Below are positions 1-15,000 of a stretch of 64,000 nucleotides of DNA, in pieces. Origin of the DNA: Catajapyx aquilonaris (lineage: Eukaryota); assembly GCA_000934665.2 (NCBI GenBank), contig KZ538019.1, forward strand, positions 1 to 64,000, given 5' to 3'. Every line of letters starts with the position of its first letter. Positions within the stretch are counted from its first letter, which is position 1. The notes below the pieces were generated by a model. It worked only from the letters and a program-made list of their open reading frames with translations. It was not told where the DNA came from and ran no database searches. The position numbers were made by a program, and so were the translations under genes.

Positions 1-3000
1 AATTGCAACTCTTGCGGTTAGTTCTCATTGTCGACCAATTTACGAAAATTGCAGTGTAAGAGAACCCGAAAAACTGATCACATTGCGTAACGTCCTTGTA
101 TTTTGTGTGGGTTTGAATGCACACACACTGGGTCCATGCCCCAAGTTTAAGTGTGTATGAGTTGCATACGGTACTTGTAAACTTGTTGCCGGGTGGGTTT
201 ATAGTCCACCTAGATCCATTCTCTTATCCCCACCTTGAACTTGGAGAGTGGACTACCCCACATAAATTCGTAACTGTCGGACAAATTGTGACACGAGGTG
301 CGGTAATACGGCTGAATTTTACAAGGTGTTGGAGCATTGCCACGCGAGGCAGCAGGATGGTGGCATTTTGCGATGATTCTGGCCGCGATTTGTCATGGAA
401 TTACCCCCGCCAGGCAAAAATAGAACCATCTGGTAACCCATTTATGAAGAGCTTCTGCGGAGGGAAAACTTGGCGGTAAACTATACCCTGGGCATGCGAT
501 GCCACAGGAAAAAACAGTTTTCTTTGCCGAAGCATGTCCAGTCAACGAGGAAATGGAGCCAATGAATTTCTGACACGAGTGTGGTCACATTCGCCATTTT
601 TTCACCACCCGGCCGTGCTGTGCCGAAGCATCGCGTAACAGGCGACCCGAGTTCAAGGAAATTTGATCCGATGAATAAGTGGCCAGAACAATGCATGTCA
701 AAGGGAGAAGATCCTCCGGAGAGAACCAGATACTTGTGGAATAATTGCTACGACAACTGACGTTTGGTTGCGGGCCCAAAAACAAATGTTACCTCTGAAC
801 CCTCGTGCATGGCCACGTAGGGGTTGTGCAAGAGTCCCCAGCTGGTGTGGGCAAATCCAGCAGGTAATGCAGGGTCCATTTTAAATTGATTTGTCGGGCA
901 CAACTGACGCGTGTCAACTGCTTAACCATGTGCGCTTAGTTTGGTTGATATCGAGCTCGGCCATAAAATGCTAAAGGCTTAGCGGCCTGCGGGCATTTAT
1001 TCGGTGTGGCTTCCCCAGGTTTCAGGTCGTTTGGAGCAAAAATGGTCCTCTGTGCGCTAATAATCTAGCAAAATACACGAGGGGAGGGCAGCTGGCTCGT
1101 GCCACTGATAAATACCCGGACTATATTGCGATTTTTTTTGCGGGCCAATTATTTGCATTGATTGGCAGTGCTTTACTTTGGACCTGGGGTATGCGAAATG
1201 TTTATTTCGTCCGGGAGTGACATTTTGCACTTTGCGTTATGGATTCACGGTTGCATAACCACGCACGTACACTGTTCGTATGCGAAACTTAATTTGCGAT
1301 GCTGTGTCCCCCCCTGAGACTGGCTTGGCCTTTGGCACGACAGCAAACTTGGGAATACACGCATAGTGGGTGGTAAACAGCCAGAAGGCTCATTAACACT
1401 AATATCTGCCAGCATGTGTCCCGTTTCACCTCAGATGCGCGGCTCTGGCCTCGGGTAACTTCATTCGGCCAAGGTCCTTATTATTTCGAGTGGGTTAGGC
1501 CCATGCTGCTGCTCCAACAGTAAATTGCACGGACCTTCAAGAGTGATGTGTACGGTATTTACAGTTGTGTTACTAAGAGGCTGCGTGCGCCTCACGAATT
1601 GTCATGCCGTTAGGGAACGAATAGGTCCATTTTGATGGAGACTCCTTAAGGGCGGTGGTCAGGCGACAGGTGGCGGGGCAGTCGACAGGTGCTTTGCGAA
1701 AGTGCCGTTATGTGGTAACACAGTCGATTTAGCGGGCCGTTAGGTGACAGCACGCGCATGAAATTTGGGTTGCGGCTACCTCGTTGAAAAGTATATTCAT
1801 GCAACACAAGGCTTTGCAAGTTAGGGTAGGCTCCTGCAGAATTGCGTGAAGATTATGGGCGTGGTAATAAAAAGAAATAATTGGCGAGCAGCCAGGCTCG
1901 CAATGATCATGACCTGGGCGTAATTACTGCCGTTAGAGTTGTTTGCGTCTAACTCTCCTCATCACATCCAGAGTAATACATGTGGACTACTATATGTTTC
2001 AGAAAGCAGCACTTTGCCCGGCAGGGTTGGTCGTATATTGTTGAGTTTCAGGTGTGTACATGTCTAAACACGAGCATGGCCGCGGGGCTGTGTGCCTTTC
2101 TGGAGGCCCGCACCGTCCAAACAATGGCGGGATCCATATATAGTTCAGAATTTCGGGCCGCCCAATAGACCGAGAGATGGAAGCCATGTATTTAGTAAAT
2201 TCCTGCCGTCTCCATCATTCCAGTGTGGGTAACGTAACAATGGGTTTGAATATGTCAGAGTGCGTTACAGCAGGAAATGGTTTGGCGGTCAGGACATGAA
2301 ATCATGACAAAAGGCCTGATGTAATTACATTTAACCCGCTCGCATTGTGTTTTTAATCAAATTAAACCCGGAAAGCCGGGCTCTTGATTTTGGACGTAAC
2401 TTTGTGTTGTATACCATTCGCCTTGTTACGACACTTTCTCTTTCTGCCGAACGCGTGTATGATCAGAATAGCATTCGGTTATTAAGTTAGGGTCGTCCTG
2501 AATAGCGTCGCCCCTGAACTTACGATGCTGGGGTTGGAAAAAGTGTGACAGGCAGTGAGAGGCTGTTGGGGAAAATGACTTGACATGAATAGGGAGGGCC
2601 GTCTAGGTATTCCTAAGGTGCGCGTCCACCTGAGCTGGCAGCATTATTCACAGCGCCTCCTGTAGCGAAAGTCGTGTCTGGCGAGGCCTTCCATCAAGGT
2701 CCTTCCTTCTCAGATGGAATCGAGGGGCTGAGGGTGCCTCCTCCGCAATCATTTCAGGACACGTGCTCAGATTCTATCCCATTTCTCACAGCTTGCTGGC
2801 CCATGACTCGAGACTTTTCTTCAGGCAGGGGCGACAATGTGCATTTTGCCGTATCCTGAATTTGCTGCAACCCTTCGAGCGCGACTGAAGGCCTTCATCG
2901 CCAACTCCGGTCACGTCTCAAAAAACGAGATTTTTTTAAAGAAGGAAAAGAAAAAAAAACACAGACGCTCGACACTATAATTGTGATTTGTGCGTCTCGT

Positions 3001-6000
3001 TGCAGCCTATTATTAAATAACCAGTTTATTTTTTGGGGTAAAAAACTAGGGTTTTTGAAGTAGGACACTGGCGAAGTTGGTAATGTCTTTTTGCTTGGGT
3101 TCCATCATCAAGGCGGAGGTTTTTTTAAACGTGGTCCGCTGTGCTGGAAAATGCTAACTAGTTTCTCCGGCATCCATCCAATGAGTGTAAAAACCGGGCA
3201 GGCGTTTATGAAGTTGGCAAGTTGGCGCTAAGTTTAAAGTCGGATCGTTTCAAGGCTTTTAGCCAGCTGAGGGATCCGTGGGCTTAATTGGGGTCAATTA
3301 TGAATTTTTCTGCACGCCTAGATTGCAACAGGATCAGGTGCTTATTCCGGTGGTGGGTGTATTCTGGCGGTGTGTGAAGCAACCAACGGTATTACTGTAC
3401 GGCCCAGTTATTTGTTGCCATTATCATGCGTTTTCGTAGTTGGCGGAGCTTTCGGGGCAATTCTCATTTATATTGCAGTCGGGCTGTTTTTTTTTTCTGG
3501 TGCGTGGCCGGTGATTAACGATGTTGATGCCAGAGGTGCATTGTTTTGTTGCAAGCACCCACGATTTTGCCCCGAGCTTTCAGCCAGACATTTATATGGC
3601 TGTAACGTTGTCTCCGGCGACTGTTCCTCCAAAACGGGGCGTTATTTTGCGGCACCATGACTAATGTTGCATTTATGGAACAATTCGGAAGCCTGTTCCT
3701 GTCACCATTTTTTAGTGAGCGCACTATGACCCCACTTAGTTCATCACCTTATTCGAAATTAGGCCAAAGCGTGATGGCGATATTGGTCGTTGTGACAATA
3801 GATTAATGATGCTCTGCATTCGGTGCATAGTTTATCTCTGTTTCAAGTGTGGATGTAATAATGTCAGTGCGAATAAGTGCCACATGAAAGACCGTGTCTT
3901 GTTCATTTCTTCCAGACTGTACCTTCTCTGAAGCTCTCGTACCCTTCCGGAGAGATCCGAGATAATTTTATTGGCTTCTGGCTGGGTGTGCCGCATGAGT
4001 TTCCGGATAAAGTTTCGGATTTTTCTTTTTTTACGACGCCATGATTTCTGCCGTGGGCACCTTTAAAATGATTCCGGGCATAAAAACTGCAGTGGGGAAG
4101 AAGTTTAAGTTTGGAGGCCACCAGGTTTGTGTCAAATGGACATTAATTTAATTTAAAGTGTGTGCAACCGGCGTTGAGTGAAGGTGACGATTTGAACCTG
4201 AATCGTGGGCAATCAGGTTTACCTTGGGCAACTATTCCGAAGGATAAAAGTCGGCTGAAGAACAAAAGTAGCACTCTGTTAGCTCCAACACGTGACGGAG
4301 TTTACAAAAGTTGTGTCATCTACCAATCTGTGCCGCTGGGAAAAGAGACTTGGAGGACCTGTCGCAATTTGTTTCTGGGATCCTATTTTCGTCGCGTTTC
4401 CAAGTGAGCGACATCATCGCACTGATCGTCATGAAACTGACAAGAAGAACACGCAAGAATTGGTTCCGTTTACAAGATGCGGACGTTATATCCCGGCTTC
4501 AATCGGCGTGGCCAGAACTTCCAGGAAAAAATTGAGTCTTTGAGTCCATGCCAGAGACGTATGGTTGCGGGTGAAAAGGTGTACCTGTCGCCATTTTAGG
4601 ATCTGGGGACATACTGTCTCCCGGAGCCTTTTTACCCGCGGTTACAGGGGCTGATGTAACTCAGGTTTTCGGTTGCGATGCCAAGTCCCCAAACGGGAGC
4701 TTCCAGGAAGAACAGAAAGAGCGACGGAGGACAGTGACGCATTGAGCGTAGGACGTGACATTGTCAACGTGTTTCACGCGCTTCTTTTTTTCTTCCCCGA
4801 CGGTTCCCCTCTCAAAAAAAATATTTTAAGGATGGCACGTCGGGTGTGTGAGTACTCAACAATTGACAGATTCGTCACGATCGAATTGGGCGACAAAAAA
4901 GGGAAGCACTGGTTCGGCGCCAGATGAATGCAAAGCAGCAAAATCAACAAGTTTCACTCGAGGGAACGTTGAATTTTTGCGATCCTCTGAGTGTGTGCAA
5001 TTTTCAACAATGCGAGCGGTTCGATTGTTCTCCTGGTGGTGAAAGTTGGAAAGGAATGCTGGGAGGGGTCAACGACAGGTTGCACGTGGTTAGAGCCAAT
5101 AGCTCTCCTCACCATCGCAAGTGGATATCTGCCAGGATGGAAGTGCCGAAAGATGCAATGAGAATTTCAGCAAGGTGCTTCTGCTTTTACCCGCCCTATT
5201 TTTAACGTCTTTGTCCTCAGGTGTTGTGCCAAGGGCTTTTGTCTCTCTTCCTAATCATTGGCTGCCATTACACTAGATAACAAATTATTTTTTTGCATTC
5301 TGCAGTGTAATTTCACGGATTGGAGTCGATGTCAGAATACGAATTTGTACGTATAGGTGGCATGGTACGGCGACTAATCTGTGACGAAAGAAAAAATCCA
5401 ATTACGTGCAATGGAAAACTAGCGACCTCGGGTGCTGTCGAGTTACATTTCAAAAGATTTGAAACATTTCGTGCCATTTTTCTCAGCAGCGCCTTATTAA
5501 TGCGGGAGGTATTTTCGGACATTGTAACTTGCATAACACGACTGGTATAAGAGCACCTGCTCGAGAGGACAAATGACTTCTGTTGAAGAAACTTCTACCC
5601 GGATATATTTTTAGTACGTTCATATTAATTGCCGGCACAATGCATCAAACGGCGTGTGTGCATTTCGTATGCCACCGCCGGAGAGGTTGAAATAAATACA
5701 CCTATAGTTGGTTCCGTCGACAGTAATGAGCTGATCACGACGACGGCGATACCGATTTTCTGGAGAGTCGATAACTTCTCTGGAGGAAGTGAGGCAACAT
5801 GTACACGCGAGCAATTCGGTTAACTGTGCTGGAGTAAATATAGGTTTTGGAGCGTCCAAAAGAGCCCAGCAGGAACTGCTTCATTTTAATGATTCACAGC
5901 CTTCCTTGACCCACAAATGACTGTCACTTCGCATACTCGTGTAAAGCTAGCATCGGCGGACAAGTTGAGATTAATTGCCATGGCAGCGTTACATGAGGAT

Positions 6001-9000
6001 TCGCACTGCATTGGACGACGCATTGTTGAATTTCGGCCGGTTTTTGCGAACTACGCCCAGTCGTAAAAAAGGCGTGTATTGGCACAGGTGGCGCGATTCT
6101 TGAAATGTGTGCTTGGGAAGTGCAAACTGTCCCAGCTCTAGTCAACTAAAGGGCCTGATGTTTTCCCCTGGTAGAAGCGAATTAAATCGGAGTGTGTGGG
6201 TATGCCACCAATGTTACTCATTGCCATGGGATGGGTGTGGATCCACTGTCAGTTTCCCAAGGTTATCCATTAGCTAGAGTGCTGCCGCCTGACAAAAAGT
6301 GGGGAGAAATGTCAAATCGGGAGTTCCTGCTGCCGTCGTACATGGGATTTTGCCCTCCCTATACACCCGTCAGTTGTGTGTGCAAGTGTAATGATTCTCT
6401 GCCTATATAGCGGAGGTTATTGTAATTCAAATGCGAGCCGGGAGCGAAGGAGGCGAATGAACCTGAACCATTGGAGATATGGACTGAAATAGGCCATATG
6501 TATGGGGCCAATGCTGATGCCAACAGCCGCCGGTGCATTGACACATGTGCAGTTTTATCGACCTTATGATATAATGCAGGCAGCACTGTACATAAATATT
6601 TATCGCGCGTGCAGTTTATTTGTGAAGTGTAACTGGAGATTTGGTTCTCCTCTTTGTGCTGCTGCTCCGAAGAGACATTTAAAACCAAGGGAGGGTTTGA
6701 AGTTGGGCAACGTGGCAAAAGAGAGGAGTATGTTACCTAGATGATGGCGTGCTGTTACAGGTAGAGGTCACCTTCACAGGTGTCGGCAGAAAAGGTAGGC
6801 GGGGAAGAGAGGGGTGGGGAGGATGGGGGGAGGTGCGGAAATGATTAGGTAGGTGCGTTTGGTAGGGCGTAGCCAACCTCATTTACTCTGCTCCATTGAT
6901 TGTCGTGCTAGTTGATGTGCAGATAATTCATGCTGGACCTTCCCGGCCAATTCCGACAATAAAGCACTTGGACTAGTTTATTGTAATGCCGAAACAGGGA
7001 CATCAAGCGGCAATCCAGTGAACATGTCGGAGCTTTGCAATCCGTCTTATTTGCGTTCGTGACTGCGCTCCTTTGGGCTCGAGTCTGATAATATCGCTTC
7101 TTTGTGAGATATGCCGCCAAGAATGTCGTAATGGCTATATTTTTCGAAGGGCGCTGGATACCAGCCTGTCCACTTAAATAGTCTCGAGATATCATAACTT
7201 CCGCTTGCAGAATAGCTTCGAGTGGCACAGTGCTGCAGATTTTATTATTTGCCCTGGCCAGGATCCCATGCATGGAAACTCAAGGTGTGACGGATCCAGC
7301 CACCACATCATAACCGGTCTCGTATCGGCGCTAACCATCGGCCAAGAGGAAACTTTAAAAGAAAGTAATTTTTTGGGGGGTGCTCCTCTTGCAGTAGCCG
7401 GAGCCAACGGTTTTCCGGGAAGGCTTCTTTTCTGGCACTTGTTAGGAAAAAGGCAGGAGACAAAGATCAGGCAGGAGGCAATTTGGAGAAACCCAAGAAG
7501 AGACGGTGGCGGCAGCGTGAAATGAAGGAGGACTCGCATGGTCTGATTTACAGCCTTTTAGCCTGGCTCTCTGTTCCTGGAAACTCTAAAAGTGGCGTAC
7601 CTGGTCCTCATTACGGGGGCGAGACCAATGCTTGAAGACGCTCAGGTCAGGAGGGTCCCACCCGGGTGTAAAAAGTTTGCGACTGCAACATGTGGCCTCG
7701 ATATTTTTTGATGGATCAGGCGGGCAAGGCCTGGAACACGCAACTTATGATGAATTGCGCCCGTGAGAATTGAGTGAGGATAGGATAGCACATCACAGAC
7801 ACGACGTGTTTGCATAGGCCAAGTAATTCCACGGAATTATCCGGGATCGACCTGACCCGTTTATTACAGAGAAGGAAGTGCCGTACCTGTATGCATAATT
7901 TCGTGGAAACCATGCGAAATGGTTTCTGGGTAATACCGATGGTCATCATGTACAAGGTATTTCCCAGGTCATTCTTTATTTTTCCGGAATTGCATATGGC
8001 GCGAATTTCCAGTTTTGTGCCCAGTGACCGGTGCTGATCTATGTGGACCACCAAAACTCTGGCTTTGGCCTTTTTGGGGGTCTGTGTCGAGGAGAATGAC
8101 AAATGGGTAACGAAAAGGGCGGATGATGGAAGGCAAGACGTGTGTGGCTTGCAGAAATATATTTGCGCTCCTGGCGTGCCAAAAGGGTGTCAACCCTCTA
8201 CTTTTTGGCACCTGGGACCCCAGCGGCAGCCTTTAATCCTGGGATGAGCCCCCACCGACACGTGTTTAGAACCCCTATTTTTTTCGACTCTTGTTCTCAT
8301 GATTTCCTAGAATGAGTCTTTGTCGTTTTTTTTTTTTTTTTTGCACATTAGGGCTTTTTTTTTTTGGTGGGTTTCATGCGAAAAGGACCATGGTGGGAAT
8401 ATAGCGTGGCGATCTGGCCATCTTTTTTGATAAGAAACCTCCCCCCCTTCTCTTCATTCGATTTGGTTGCCCGAGGTCAGTTAGGCTGGAGAAGGGCATT
8501 AGAGTTAGCAGACCAACGAAGCACTTCCTGGTTTTTTGGGGGCCGCCAATGCGTGTTTTGGCTCGCTGGAAAAGTTTGCGTGATGTTTCCAAACCGATAT
8601 AAATCGGAGGGATAGTCGGTTCGGAAACATGCCCGAATTTTCAGTCCCACCAATGATGACCAAAAAAAAAACTTACGTGAAAGGACGATTTATATTCTCG
8701 ACAAATTTTAGGTGAGAAAACTGAAGCCAATGCCAGACCTTTCATGCTTTCTGATCAGTGGTGGCATTGACTGCGGTTTTGAAAACAATAATAACAACTG
8801 GGCATGTAAGATTAGACGTATGGAGAGAAGGGTCGTGTATTTTTTTTTCTTGTATTTGTCCCGCCGTCTCTTGGGTGTAAGGTCGACCCAGGTGAAGGTC
8901 GGAGTGAGATTCTGCTCTCGGAATATTGAGTAGGGATATTTATAGAGCTTACTTGAACGTATGAATGTATGCACGCACATGCCACATTTCTGCCCCCATC

Positions 9001-12000
9001 TCTCCGATTTCCGATCCCTATAGGCCATTCCCCAGCTGTTCATAAAGAAGGCTATCGATTCCTCATGATTTTAACATAGTAGGATTTGGGCCCCCGGACC
9101 CCCCTCTGCTAGCTGCTAACACCAGCTATCGATCCTTGCCAACCCAGAGCCCCAGCCACACATAACACAAAAAAAGAGCTTCATAACTTGCATTAGTCAT
9201 GTAAATGAGTAATTCTGGTAACCTTGAGTATAGAGGCAAAACCGTACACTTTTACTGCAGTGTTTTTTTTTTGTGCACAATTTTTTTAAGTAAAAAACAG
9301 GCGGTAAGTGCATCATTTATGAGGGCAGCAGGTAATGCGGAAGACTAATGTTTCGTCCTCCTGACCTTGGTTCGTAACCCAGGGGGAGAATGACGTACGT
9401 AATATGAATGGTCTCTCATTTTGCGGTGAAATGAACCTGCTGTGTGTGTCCCCGGCCGAACAGCACTTGTTGGCACCGAAAATTGTTGCACATTTCGCAT
9501 TGGGGTGGTCGGCGCACCATTTTTTCCGGGCGCGGACAGGTATAAGGAAGTGTCGTTTAGGAAGGAAATAACTAAATTTGTGCCGGCATGTCACAAGGCG
9601 GCCATTTTTGTGAATATTGTGACGTAACTGGTCACGTGTAAGCATTGTGTTCCCCAAGCTGTCTGGTGTGATTACACCGCCTTCCAAGTATTTGTTTTTT
9701 TTTGTGCGGTAACAATCAAGCAGCCCTAATGCCTGAGGGTTATTATGTCCCCCAGCCAGCCGGCAACACCGGCTCACACTCGACTGATGGCGATGATGTC
9801 ATGGCGAACACCCCCCCTCTCCCCCGGTTCCCAAGGAGAAGTTATATTTGACCCGCCTGCCTAGCAACAGTGCGGAGCTATAGGGTTGGTTGGAGGAATA
9901 GTGGGGCTGTTGGTTGGTGGGTGGCGGGTAGGGGGCAATGCAGTTTCCAGCCAGCTGGGCGCGGAGGGATGCCAGGAAATGGGGGGTGCTGGAATATAGA
10001 AAATAGGCTGCAATAGTGCCTTCCGGTGTGATCACTATTATGGGTGGGCCTTTTTCCCCCCAAGGTTTCAAGCATAAGGAAATAGATAACAGGGTGTTAT
10101 GTAATCGGATTTTGAATAATGGTCGATTAATCACGCCTAGATGAAATTATATATTAAGTCAAGGACGGTTTCCCACAGCGTAAAATTCGGGCACACATTT
10201 TCATGAAAATATGCCAGGGAGGATTGTTTGTCATCAGGCCAGATCATGTGAGGCACATACTTGAATCGGCATGTGGAAATTTGTATTGTGTACAGTATAG
10301 TAATAAATAAAATCAATGCGGGGCATTCCATACATAGCATGTTTGCTATATGATTTACAGCCCCTCTTTTTAAAAAAATATGGGAGGACAGCTGTTGTTT
10401 CACTTGTGTCGTTCCGAGTGCACCTGTTTCCTTCTGGCTTATCCTGATGTGAGAAAGTGACAGGGGTGCACAATGGTGGCTACCTGAGGGGCTTTTTTCA
10501 TTTGCAGTTGGGCCATAATCCTAGCGGTTAGGCAACGTGGTCTTTGGCATAAATTAAAGTGGAGGTGCATTCACCTAGTGGCCATTTTCAAGGGGAAAAA
10601 AAGTGTTTTTGCTGGTTCAGGTGAGCCAATTTGCCAGACAGCAACCAGCAGAGAGAGGGTTTTTTCTTCTTCTTGCAATGTCGTCCCCAGGTGCAATCCA
10701 GACGCGGCTGCCTTTTTGCTGTTTTCCAGGTCTGAATGGGTGGCAAAAGCGAGTCTGTACCCCCATTCCATTTTCTCGTTCAGCTTCTTCTGGTGAGAAT
10801 TGTACCATTTTATATATATAAAAAAAGTTCAAAAGTGGCAGAAGGAGAAAAGGGAATGGTAACAGTCAATCGTGGAAATGCAGTGGGGCTGCAGCTGATG
10901 GAATATATGTGAAAGGGCTGACATTGAATTGGTAGACCAGGAGAGAATCTAATAAATTCACGACGCGGAAAATACTTGGAATTGACACGTGTGCGCATTT
11001 ATATGAATGCGTTTGGAACATAAAATTATTGGGAGAAAAGGTGTTTAACATTGTGCTTGTGAAAATGACGAGAGGTGAATGACCTATGACTTATATTACC
11101 GTCGTGAAATATAGTTTTATATTAGGATCATAGGTCTGACAGGTGCATTTTATTAGCCAAATGGCCTATAAGTCGAGCAGTGACTGAGAGCTGGATGGGG
11201 TCAAGGGCTTCAAAATGTCGTGCTTGCCTTTGTGACCTTTTCCTGAATTGAGTTGCTTACTAATGATGCATGAAATTAATACAGGCTGTTGTTTTTGCAT
11301 ATGCTTCAGGTAACGAATTAAATGAAGTGTGGAATTGGTCTATGGTAACGACTGCATAAGCAGTAGCGGTAAATATTATGTTTGGAGGCTGGTAAGAAAC
11401 CAAAATAATCAACATAAACAGTCGCAAATATTGACTAAATAATCTTGTGGCGCATCCAAAAATTTCAGCAGCAAGGTCCTAAAATAATTTAGCAGCAAAT
11501 GATTTGATCACTTCCATCTGAGTCCACTTGCTTAGAAGATAGCGACTAGACCATCCCCTGGGAATAGTTCAAGAAAACATTCAGAGAGGGGGCCCATTTA
11601 AATTTTTGGACAAGTACCGGGGGTCAGGGGGGTAACTGGAGCAGAAAATAAAAGTGTTGTGACGATAGTATTTAGCGGCGACCTTCGAGGTTGCAGCAAT
11701 GCGCCATTTTCCCGGACAATAATTTAGTTGCTAACATGTGCTTGCAAAATGAACAGAAGCAACCTTGGGGGTCCAAATCCAGGCTTACCATAGGTCAGTG
11801 TTGGGCCAATGGCTGGGGGACTCCCAAGATCCTAGAATACATCCAATTCCTTGGGCAAGGCAGGTATCTCTCCTTCCAAGTGTGAAAATAGAAGTTGATC
11901 CAAGTACATAAAATATTCCTGGCTAGGGTCACATTGAAGCGTCCCCGCCCCGGGGAAGCAAACAGGAGGGGGTGTTTAAAACTTTGCTGCTGCTTGTCTT

Positions 12001-15000
12001 ATGGGTTATTTAGGCCTCATTTAAATGTGCCGACGGAGTTTACGACCATTGTTTTACGCTTTAATCAGCGATTGGAACGACAGTCGCGGAGGAGCTGAGA
12101 TTGTTACTCAACTTGCACCAAGTGGGGACTTTGGGGCTTGAGACCCTGGAGAAAATGAGACGTATCGCGGTGTAGTGGAATTCGTCGCGGGTTTGAATTC
12201 CTAATGGTCTCCTTTATTGATGAGGCGTCGAGGAAAAGGGAAAAGAAGGAATAAGTCATTGACGTGTCACGGGATTTAATTGAGGGGAATTGCTTCACCT
12301 ATAGTTCACATACTTGACTTTTGCGGAGCATGAAAAGTGCAGCTGGTTAGGTAAGCACATGTGCGGTAATGTGTTTGAACTCTCTTGTGCTGTTTGTAAG
12401 TTTCTGGGGGAAATGTGTCATATTGATTTGTACACCAAATTGACAGAAAAGTGCTTCGAAAATTGATTTGCTTGCATGACAGACAGACAGTCAATTGATT
12501 CGGTATGATTCAGATTATCATTGAAAACCAGGATCTGATCGCCTACATTGCGGAATGAAATTGTTCAATTTATTGCAGATTGTAGGCTCAGATTTGCCCA
12601 TAAATTTCTCTTTGGCCTTCGGCATTGTAATTCTTTGTGTATAGTGTATAGCCTGTTTCTTCTCCATGTGACACATGAATTTTGTAGCCATATGAAAATT
12701 TACTTGTGGAACACAACCAGGAATAAATTGCTACATACATTATTCAGATGACAAACATGTCCATTGTGGCACTTGACATCTCGGGGTGTACTGGGCACAG
12801 GTATAAATAAATAAAACTTATTGAGTTGTCCGGTTGTAACTTGCAAAATGTCTTTGAGCTGTTTTGATTTTAGGCACAGCAATCAGGGCACTTGACCTGT
12901 TTTATATTCAATGTCTGCTGTTTGTGGACCGATAACAATTGACCTTGAAATAGTATTACGATATAATATGTGCTTTATGTAGTTAACTCTAAATAAGCTT
13001 GCATGTGAAATGCAGTGTTGAAATGTGAGAATAAAGTCTCCATGCTACGACCTTTACCATTTTTTCCTTATGAAATATAAATAGTACTACTACCCGTGCT
13101 AATTGCGGTCATAAAATAGTTAGCACCTTGTAATTAAATGTAGCTAGCAATGACCCTACGCCCTTACCTAGGGGAACATTCTTGTCAACGCGTCAGAAGT
13201 ATTGGCACTGACCATGGTAAGATTATTTTATGACCTCAGGAAAATAGCAAGAAGAGTAGTGTGGGTAGTTTCATGGTGGCTTATATAGCCTTAAGAAATT
13301 GCAAACGTGATCGTCAAAGCAACGAGCGTATGTTGGAACATAATTTAAAAAGACAGCGACTGTTCACGTGAACTGTAATAGTACATCCATATTCTAATGA
13401 TTTTCGTGAATCACTTTCGTTGAAATTAGAGTCACTTTCATAACACTGAATGGACAGTGTATGAGGTGGGGGTGATTACTAGTCAGAGGTCGATATTACC
13501 AATAATGGCTGCCGTTTTGTACTCTGCAGTTGAAAAGTATTCCTGATCCTCATCCCAAAGGATAGATAACCCATGCGCCCATCCTGGTATAAGTATCGAA
13601 TCTAACGTATCTGTCGACTTGATCTAGTCAGGGTTTCCCCCCGTAAGGCTGAATTTAATCAGGTTTTAATGGGCAAAGGTTGGGCGAGTAGGAAATGTTC
13701 AGAACCTAGCCTACTTTAATTGCAGTTGTACACTTACATCCTCCCTTCTCCCCGGGTCCTGGTTCCTAAGTGGGTCTTTGATAAAATATTCACAGCAAGG
13801 TGGACCGCGAATTGGGAAAAGGTCAAGAACCGCATCAGCATAGTACGGAACTCTATTCATGGGCCTCGTAGATTTATTAGCCGAGAAGAGAAGATGTAAA
13901 GACGTGATAAAAGAGTTTTTCGGGATTGCGAAACTGAGAAGCGTGTGACGTTGAGCGAGAAAATCCTGCACATTTTTTTTTTCTGAAACGGGAAGGAAAA
14001 GACTTCGGTTGCAATGTACGTGCTTGACACAACAGTACTTTATGAATGTCGTATTTTAAACGAAGGCGACGAGCGCAATCTTCCCAATCCTCAGGCCTTA
14101 AACCCCCCCTAGCGCGTGAGTTCGGTAAAGAATCCTCTGGATTGCTTGGGAATTTTTTCCCCCCCTGCCTTTTCCAACGACCACCTGCCAGTTTCTTTCT
14201 GGAATACCAAAACCGTTCCGGAACATACTTTTTCTTCCTTGCCTTTGGCCAGGTCTCTGGAGTAATGAAATCTCAGTGGCCCATCTTTCGATAGCCTTGC
14301 CGATTTCTTTCGCCCAAATAAACATCGAAGCTGAAGGGCAAACTTTGGGTAAAAGTGCTGGTTACGTATATGCTGCCGGCGCTGTATACTCTGTGCCAAA
14401 GTCAATTGTCGGAAATATAGGCCGTACTGGCGCAATATTTTTACTGGAAGTGGTAGGAAAATTGCAGTGCACGCGTGCATAATGCTGAAATCGCCTGGTT
14501 GATTCATATCTGCAAACAGGGGTAGCGGCAGGAATTGTGGTTCTTGGAAACTCATTACGCTGATGAAATTATTCAGTAAGCTTCGATCAGCCGGTGTGGG
14601 TTTTGGCCAAGCTGATGACATCGTCGTGCATATATGCTGACAATCTAGCCTATATATAATGGAGGTTATTGGTTGGGGTTCGAATATCTGGAAGGAAGAT
14701 GAGTGACCTATCGAGTCGAAGGTCGCATCTCGAAAGATTGGTTCGTAATGCTCATTTTCTGAGAGCGTACCACGGTTACAGGATATCGGAACGAGATCAA
14801 TGACAGGAAACAAAGTAAGCAATATGTTGCTGATTCGCCAACTCTGTGATATTGTAGAAACATGCGAGTGAGCAAAATCGAAGTTGTTGATTTGCAGGTC
14901 AGTGACCAAAAACCTGACACCTTCCTGTGATTGATCGCAATATATGACAGCAGCAGGAAGCATTATTGTGGGGTGGAAGGTGGGGACTTAAAATAAGTTC

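Noticed and set aside
12305..12395. Possible exon 12305-12350 and a HMCGNVFELSCAV-T|gtaagt stretch as the missing first part of C1
   Set aside because: His-to-Cys spacing is 9 rather than 12, there is no suitable acceptor, and the peptides do not resemble C1 or SH3.
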